Source: a bacterium
Lineage (GTDB): Bacteria > Zhuqueibacterota > Zhuqueibacteria > Residuimicrobiales > Krinioviventaceae
Reading direction: 5' to 3'
DNA: 64,000 nucleotides
Assembly (NCBI GenBank): GCA_963693055.1
Contig: OY843751.1
Coordinates: forward strand, 2,752,001 to 2,816,000
A model generated the notes under the pieces. It was not told where the DNA came from and made no database searches. It saw only the letters and a list, made by a program, of their open reading frames with translations. This document shows, piece after piece, positions 44,944 to 51,510 of the stretch. Numbering within the stretch: the stretch's first letter is position 1; each line of letters starts with the position of its first letter. Made by a program: the position numbers and the translations under genes.

Positions 44944-45020
44944 GGTGGTTAAGGAAGCCGCAGGTCCGCTTACTAGAGCACCGCAGGTCAGCCTCAGGCT
45001 GATCGAATCTTTTTACCCCA
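44944..45020 (+). repeat. Degenerate tRNA-Pro 3' fragment with a 45-nt insertion (possible att between islands B and C)
   Basis: GG.GGT..GGAAG [insert] TCGAATCTTTTTACCCCA versus tRNA GGAGGTCGGAAG TTCGAATCTTCTCGCCCCGA; followed by a terminator like the other copies. Confidence 0.5.
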
Positions 45021-45034
45021 TCCATAAACTTCAT

Positions 45035-45072
45035 AAAAAAAAAGGTCGGGAATTCAGATTCCAGACCTTTTT
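45035..45072. terminator. Bidirectional terminator; could also end the minus-strand CRISPR transcript
   Basis: AAAAAGGTC-G-GGAAT-TCAG-ATTCC-A-GACCTTTTT. Confidence 0.75.
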
Positions 45073-45086
45073 ATGTTTTAACCGCC

Positions 45087-45107
45087 GTTTGACCCCTATT
45101 TGACCAC
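45087..45107 (+). repeat. 21-bp inverted-repeat partner of 47856-47876 (integrase arm-type-like site)
   Basis: GTTTGACCCCTATTTGACCAC matches the reverse complement of 47856-47876 at 20 of 21 nt. Confidence 0.8.
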
Positions 45108-45291
45108 AATCGTCTATCATATTTAAAAAAGCAGTTGACAAACGACTTAAATGCAACACAAAGCCACCAGGTTTGAATGGAGTGCCGTGTTGAGTTTTAA
45201 AATTTTCAGAATTGAGAATATCAGTAATAAAGTCAAGTATTTTATCTTTGATTAACAGGGAAGCAATTATTGATCCGCCAAAGTAGTTTAT

Positions 45292-46445
45292 ATATCCCAT
45301 CGTATTGAGTAGGTCGTTAATGGAAAACGTTAGACGAACTCGATCTTTCAAAAATGTCAAAGAGCGGGGGAGTTGTCAGTAATCGGTAATCAGTTTTCAG
45401 AACCGCCAAGAGTCCCTATTGTATTCCATGTTTTTGTAGAGCTGACAGCTATAAGCTGATAGCTAACAGCTTGAAGCCAATCCCATCGTATTGATTAGGT
45501 CGTTAATGGCAAATGTGAAACGTTAGACGAACTCAATCTTGCAAAAATGTCAAAGAGCGGGGGAGTTGTCAGTAATTGGTAATCAGTTTTCAGAACCGCC
45601 AAGGACCCTATTGTATTCCATGTTTTTGTAGAGCTGACAGCTATAAGCTGATAGCTAACAGCTTGAAGCCAATCCCATCGTATTAATTAGGTCGTTAATG
45701 GCAAATGTGAAATGTCAGACGTCAGACGATCTGTACCTTTTATCTAAATCCCGAACTTTTCATAAAGCTATCAGTTCTCAACTATCAATTGTCAGTTTTT
45801 TCGTTTCACTTTTGACGTTTCACGTCTCACTTGAAGAATGATGTCCGTTGTGTAGCGATGAATCCTCTAAATACTGACGACTGATCACTGATGACTTGGC
45901 AGCCAATCCCATCGTATTGATTAGGTCTATTTACAGTCGCATTTGACCTGGTGTGCAGATCTCTCTCTCGTTCAGCGTCTCAATCCCATCGTATTGATTA
46001 GGTCGTTAATGGCAAACGTGAAACGTTAGACGAACTCGATCTTGCAAAAATGTCAAAGAGCGGGGGAGTTGTCAGTAATCGGTAATCAGTTTTCAGAACC
46101 GCCAAGAGGCCCTATTGTATTCCATGTTTTTGTAGAGCTGACAGCTATAAGCTGATAGCTAACAGCTTGAAGCCAATCCCATCTTGGTTAATAGGTCTTT
46201 TTCAATATATCTGGTCGCTGGGCTGGTCATTGGGCTGGGCTATGGGCTGTCTCAATCCCATCGTATTGATTAGGTCGTTAATGACAAACGAGAAACGTTA
46301 GACGAACTCGATCTTGCAAAAATGTCAAAGAGCGGGGGAGTTGTCAGTAATCGGTAATCAGTTTTCAGAACCGCCAAGAGGCCCTATTGTATTCCATGTT
46401 TTTGTAGAGCTGACAGCTATAAGCTGATAGCTAACAGCTTGAAGC
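45292..46445 (-). mobile_element. Five cassettes inside CRISPR repeats: 45292-45477, 45478-45669, 45670-45903 (divergent), 45981-46173, 46253-46445
   Basis: Four near-identical 186-193 bp units plus one 234-bp variant, each starting with a variant repeat CAATCCCATCGTATTGATTAGGTC and ending (A/C)AGC directly before CAATCCCATC. Confidence 0.8.
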
Positions 46446-47026
46446 CAATCCCATCTTGGTTAATAGGTCTTTTTCAATGTTCAAAATATTTTTATTTCGA
46501 ATTATCTTTGTGGCTACTTCGTCTCAATCCCATCTTGGTTAATAGGTCTTTTTCAATGTTCAAAATATTTTTATTTCGAATTATCTTTGTGGCTACTTCG
46601 TCTCAATCCCATCTTGGTTAATAGGTCTTTTTCAATATTTTCAAAATTGCCAGCTGGGGTGATGCTAATGGTTATGTCTCAATCCCATCTTGGTTAATAG
46701 GTCTTTTTCAATAAAAATATTGGCATGGGCACTGAAAAAAAACACGTCCAGTCTCAATCCCATCTTGGTTAATAGGTCTTTTTCAATTCTGATACTGCAA
46801 AATGGCAGGTTTTACGTGTAGATACTTCGTCTCAATCCCATCTTGGTTAATAGGTCTTTTTCAATACGTTGAACAGCAGCAAGTCGAATTATTAAAAGAA
46901 ATATTAAAGTCTCAATCCCATCTTGGTTAATAGGTCTTTTTCAATAAATTTAGAAAATGCAAATTTAAGAAATGCAAATTTAGAAAATGGTCTCAATCCC
47001 ATCTTGGTTAATAGGTCTTTTTCAAT
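45904..47026 (-). CRISPR. CRISPR array with 37-bp repeat ATTGAAAAAGACCTATTAACCAAGATGGGATTGAGAC; 7 intact repeats, 9 spacers of 38-44 nt, no cas genes in the window
   Basis: Intact repeats at 46521, 46600, 46676, 46751, 46829, 46909 and 46990; split repeats at 46446, 46174 and 45904; the ATTGAGAC 3' end and AT-rich leader on the right indicate minus orientation. Confidence 0.95.
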
Positions 47027-47400
47027 AGACCCTGTTTTGAGGCCAATATTTTCAAGTACTTACAAGGGTGTTTTAAATAACCTCGATTTTTTGGTAATTC
47101 TAGATCCATATTTTTCTCCTTTCTGTATGTTTTCTGATGACTTAAGCATATGATTTTATTGCAATAATAACACTTTGGATAACCTATACCGCAAAATACG
47201 ACAAAATTTTCGGCACAAGAGTTGCAACGGGGCCATTTATGGTTTTATAAAATTGTTTTTGGCGCATTGTATACGCAAATTATTAATACCTTCGTTATTC
47301 AGGTCTAAAATTGTCAAAGAACGATTTTATTTATGTATTATTGTTTATCAAAAACATTGAATCATTTTTTTTAAGAATTCCCCTGGTTAGTACTGCACTG
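47027..47400 (-). promoter_or_regulatory. CRISPR leader with boxA-like CGTTCTTTGACA (47312-47323)
   Basis: AT-rich non-coding DNA next to the most homogeneous repeats; boxA-like motif on the transcribed strand. Confidence 0.65.
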
Positions 47401-47855
47401 CAGCGAATTGAATTCTTGTTTTATATTATAAAGATCAGCGAATATGCCCAATATTGGTGATCTGTAGAATCCTTTTTTAAAATCATCCCCCCGGTTTCCA
47501 TTTCTCGACCTGGACACATGTTTTAGTATGAGAAAAGTATTTGTTAAACATCATATCGCCCATGCTATAATATAGTTGTATTATACTTTAATCTGATTTT
47601 TGGTGCCTTTTTTTAAGCACTTTTAAAAATAGACATAACAAAATAATACATATCATTTATATTGAAAATGCAATATACAGGAACCCACTCCATAAATAAA
47701 CCCCTTAATTCTATGAATTTTTTAATATAAAAATTAAATTATATAATCCAAACAATATATTGGTTTTTTTGTCAATATCTATTCACTCGAAAAGATGAGG
47801 GAGGGCTTGATTATTAAAATTATGGTCAGGATTGTATTTTGACCATTATTGGTCA

Positions 47856-47876
47856 GTGGTCAAATAGTGGTCAAAC
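47856..47876 (-). repeat. Arm-type-like site within a cluster of TGGTCA/TGACCA motifs (47822-47876)
   Basis: GTGGTCAAATAGTGGTCAAAC about 80 bp inside the att copy. Confidence 0.75.
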
Positions 47877-47956
47877 AAGGTAAAACTGCCTGGATTGTGA
47901 GAAATTTCAAAAATCTCACAAATAAAAACAATACTTTACAGTTAAAGATCATCTAT

Positions 47957-48023
47957 TTTGGGAGCAGGAGGTCGGAAGCTGAAAGACCGCCTATTGGCTG
48001 TTTCGAATCTTCTCGCCCCGACT
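47957..48023 (+). repeat. Displaced tRNA-Pro 3' half with a 23-nt T-arm insertion (outer att)
   Basis: TTTGGGAGCAGGAGGTCGGAAG [CTGAAAGACCGCCTATTGGCTGT] TTCGAATCTTCTCGCCCCGACT. Confidence 0.9.
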
Positions 48024-48056
48024 AAAAGCCTGAATTTGAATACGTTCAGGCTTTTT
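48024..48056. terminator. Bidirectional terminator
   Basis: AAAAGCCTGAA...TTCAGGCTTTT. Confidence 0.8.
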
Positions 48057-48092
48057 CAGTAATTAGAGTAATTTATATTGATTGGATTAAAA

Positions 48093-49274
48093 TCAGGAAT
48101 CATAATTTAATTCCGCATCCTGATCATCATTAAAAAGATAATAGCTTAAACCCAGTAATAAATAAGCTTCCTGTCGTATCATGGTTCTGTCATCGTTTAA
48201 TTTAAATTTAAAACTTCCATCTGGTTTTTTATATTCAACAAGTTGAGGAAGGATGGTTTCTGTTATCGCTTCATATTTCTTTTCTCTGGCAAAGGTATAG
48301 ATGAGCATTCCCAGGCTCCACAATCGAGAATTAAATTCTTTATTTTGATATCCCTTTTCATTGTATTCATACCAGGTGTTGCGTTTGTAAAATTTTGAAG
48401 AATGGTTGATAATTTTATTCCAATCTACATTTACATTACCACCATAATCTCTATAATTCCGAATTCCTTCCACAATATAACACATATGCAATAAATCATG
48501 CGGTCTCGGACTGTATGATCCATAATCCCAAAAGATGTTTCCATTGTTATCTTTTTGAGCGTTTTCCATCAAAATATCAATTATATGTTTACTCTTTTTG
48601 TTTAAACAATTTTTCAATTTGTCGTTTTGGGTAATATTGGCAAATCGTTTCATTTGTCCTGCCAGGTAAACAGCAGGATTGTAAGAGTCATAGCCCAAAT
48701 CATTAGGATTAAAAGAGTAACCTGGAATATCCAAAGGGGAATGATTGCAATCATCCAGATAGGGGGTAAAGCATTGAGTCACAATGTCTATTATTTTACG
48801 AGATACAAGTGTATCTGTTTCCAATTCATACCAGTCAAGCAATCCATTCAATGCAAAAGCGGTTGTTATAGTATACTCTTGATGTGGTTGATTGGTTGTT
48901 TGGTCGGCAAACGCGTCCCATGGATCTGCCAGGCCAAAACCGTGTATCCCATTATCATTCAAATCCGAATTGTTTAGTAACCAATGACTGCATACACGAG
49001 CAATTTCTAATGCCAGTGAATCCTGAGTGAATTTATACCGGTTGCATTCCGCGCTCAGTATTAATCCATAAGCCATGGGTCTGTCTTTATTAATTGAATT
49101 AAACACATCCATGCCGCGTCCTGGATACTCTTTATCAAGATTATTAATAATAGTGTTATATGCTTGTAATGCATTAAAAGAAACGGGGTTTTTAAGGGAA
49201 TTATTTTTGAAAATTAAACAAGCAGAAAAGAATAATAATGACAATAAAAAGAACGAAAAAAAGGGTTTTTTCAT
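48093..49274 (-). CDS. Hypothetical lipoprotein, possibly (alpha/alpha)-toroid fold
   Basis: Lipobox FSAC; helical repeats with aromatic W/Y loops. Confidence 0.55.
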   Translation of the reverse strand: MKKPFFSFFLLSLLFFSACLIFKNNSLKNPVSFNALQAYNTIINNLDKEYPGRGMDVFNSINKDRPMAYGLILSAECNRYKFTQDSLALEIARVCSHWLLNNSDLNDNGIHGFGLADPWDAFADQTTNQPHQEYTITTAFALNGLLDWYELETDTLVSRKIIDIVTQCFTPYLDDCNHSPLDIPGYSFNPNDLGYDSYNPAVYLAGQMKRFANITQNDKLKNCLNKKSKHIIDILMENAQKDNNGNIFWDYGSYSPRPHDLLHMCYIVEGIRNYRDYGGNVNVDWNKIINHSSKFYKRNTWYEYNEKGYQNKEFNSRLWSLGMLIYTFAREKKYEAITETILPQLVEYKKPDGSFKFKLNDDRTMIRQEAYLLLGLSYYLFNDDQDAELNYDS

Positions 49275-49536
49275 TTTCCCCCCAGATATATTTCATTAAT
49301 AGTAAATGGCGCAAGAATTTTAGAGCATTATAAATTTTTTAATAGCCCCTGGCATACCATGGTAATTTAAATAAAAAAAATAAAATTTTAATGATTATAG
49401 TAAATTATAACTAATTTATATGTTTAATTCAAGTCTTTTTTTATTATAAATTTCTAATAATGAATGGAATATTCTTAACCCCTTACCAATCTTATACTTG
49501 AAAGTATTGATAAATGTTCAAATTAAAGAATTTATG

Positions 49537-50592
49537 CTAGTAAAGTTTTACTTTAGGTGACTGTACCATTAATGCTTCTATTACCTGGGCAATGAATTGC
49601 GGGTCTTGTGCAAATTTGAGATACGCATGTTCTGAATCAACAGATGTATCCCATATTGTATGCCATCTCAGAAAGCGGTTATCACCGGGATTGTCGGGAG
49701 TCCATTGATCTGCTTTTAAAAATATGCGGGGCGTTCCTGTTGTGTTCAACTCCCAATGTTCTGATGCACCACGTACAGCAAAAAGAGCTGCGGTTTGATC
49801 TGAACTGTGAGAGTCTCCAATTTCAAGGCCCCGTTTAGCAAAAGATATTCGATACGCTTCCCGAACTGGATTGTCAAGAGGAGTGTCGTCCAACCCGGCT
49901 CCGGTTTGTACTTTGGCGCCAACTTTACCGGAAAAGACAATGGGAGTAGGCCAATTTTCAACAACATATTTACCGGATTCGTATGCCGCAGCAATAACCT
50001 GGTTTCCCAAAAGATTCATTTGAGGACGGTAATTTGATGTGTCTGGAGGATCCCAACCACCACCCATCAATACCAGTTGTTTGACTTTATGATTAACGAG
50101 CTGGTATCCATCTTTATCCTGCAGTAAATCACACAGATTAGTTGTCCAGCCAACAGAAAGGATGGTTACGGATTTTTCATCAGCGTTTAATAAGGTTTTT
50201 TTGTAAACATCCAAAGCAGGAGGGACGTCTTTTCTTGATATTTTATCCTTGGGAAATTTTGGATTTAGAGCGATAGACCTGGTATATTCCATTTTTCCAC
50301 CGAACCAACGGGATATAGCATCATCTTTTTTATATGCACCAATAGGGATGTCGGGACGTCCATACCAGGTATTGATTGCATCAATCACTCCAACCCCATA
50401 TTCATCGGAGGTATTGTGCATTACCGCAAGTAAATTACATTCACCATTATCTGATAAAGCATGTAATATACCCAGTGCAGCGGCATCATCAATATCCGAT
50501 TCCATATCGGTTTCAAATATGATATTGATCTGCGCATAAGCTGAAATAGTTAGAAAAAAAATAACATTGATTAAAATCCTAATAATTCGCAT
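49537..50592 (-). CDS. Secreted nucleoside hydrolase-family protein
   Basis: ETDMESDIDDAAAL (DxDxxxDD-like), VG..TNL and LVLMGG. Confidence 0.8.
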   Translation of the reverse strand: MRIIRILINVIFFLTISAYAQINIIFETDMESDIDDAAALGILHALSDNGECNLLAVMHNTSDEYGVGVIDAINTWYGRPDIPIGAYKKDDAISRWFGGKMEYTRSIALNPKFPKDKISRKDVPPALDVYKKTLLNADEKSVTILSVGWTTNLCDLLQDKDGYQLVNHKVKQLVLMGGGWDPPDTSNYRPQMNLLGNQVIAAAYESGKYVVENWPTPIVFSGKVGAKVQTGAGLDDTPLDNPVREAYRISFAKRGLEIGDSHSSDQTAALFAVRGASEHWELNTTGTPRIFLKADQWTPDNPGDNRFLRWHTIWDTSVDSEHAYLKFAQDPQFIAQVIEALMVQSPKVKLY

Positions 50593-50675
50593 GATAAACC
50601 CTGAATTTAATCCCAAAATCCTTATTCGTAATGTATAAAAATATCACAGGGAGTCAATACGAAAAATGAATTTAA

Positions 50676-51275
50676 TCAATTTTCTTCCAGTTCCAGGTGC
50701 AAGTCACTACAAAGTATATTTTCAGTTACCGGAGATTTTTTAATCCGTAAATACATATCCAGCACACCTTCAAACTCACCAATTATATTACCGGAACCTT
50801 CGTAAGCATATGAAGATACTGGCGAATATTCATATATTGCTTCATGAACGCCTACAATAGCCTCATTTCGGGATTCAACAGGTTCATACTGTTCTACTTT
50901 AACTCCGGCAGGGATTTTTTTCATAATCGATTTCATATTGTGTGCAAATTCTTCAGTATAGATATGGAAATGAAATCTAAAATAGGCAGACTCTATTTTT
51001 TTTACTGCTTCAATATGAATACCAATGGATTCCTGTGATTGGTTTACAGCCAGTTTGAATTCACGTAGAACGTTTTCAGGTATGCATATTTGGGTACTAC
51101 AATGAAGTGAGAGATACTCTTTGAATACATCTCCAAATGTTTCTTTTTTAATACCGCCTTTACGTGGGAAAAAATAGGTAAAAGATGAACCCCGTCCCTG
51201 CATGAATCCTTGTACAAAACCTTTAACGATTGGGAATGGGGTATCGAGCGAGAGAACATAAAATAGAGTTGCCAT
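50676..51275 (-). CDS. Hypothetical protein
   Basis: About 199-aa ORF with GAGG RBS; no recognised motif. Confidence 0.6.
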   Translation of the reverse strand: MATLFYVLSLDTPFPIVKGFVQGFMQGRGSSFTYFFPRKGGIKKETFGDVFKEYLSLHCSTQICIPENVLREFKLAVNQSQESIGIHIEAVKKIESAYFRFHFHIYTEEFAHNMKSIMKKIPAGVKVEQYEPVESRNEAIVGVHEAIYEYSPVSSYAYEGSGNIIGEFEGVLDMYLRIKKSPVTENILCSDLHLELEEN

Positions 51276-51510
51276 GTTACACCTCATAAATAAAGTAAAT
51301 TTTTTATTTACTCATTTGAACACCAGCAAACCCGTAGTATATCGTCTTAAATTCATAACCAATTATTTTGCAATTTTGTTCCATGTATGCTTTTAATTCA
51401 TTATAACAGCAAATAGAAATTCCAATTCATTATTTTCATTTGAATTTCTTGATATTTTTTTTATATTAATAGTTTACAGTTTAAATATATTCACAATCAA
51501 AGGAAGTTAC

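Noticed and set aside
45130-45195. GACAAAC...ACACAAAGCCACCAGGT resembling a c-di-GMP-I riboswitch
   Set aside because: No GNRA-capped P2 stem, no convincing P1, and no downstream gene on that strand.
45031-47360. ORFs 45031-45360, 46439-46621, 46923-47153 and 47175-47360
   Set aside because: They overlap repeats, spacers, cassettes or the leader; the pentapeptide-like stretch is just one spacer.
47370-47565. Short minus-strand reading frame upstream of the CRISPR leader
   Set aside because: It is interrupted by a stop after a G6 run and shows no recognisable similarity.
29454-48023. cas genes, a reverse transcriptase or a complete DGR in the islands
   Set aside because: No Cas1/Cas6/Cas10 or RT (YxDD) motifs and no template/variable repeat pair are visible.
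29454-48023. Prophage
   Set aside because: No structural, terminase or replication genes; only a broken integrase.
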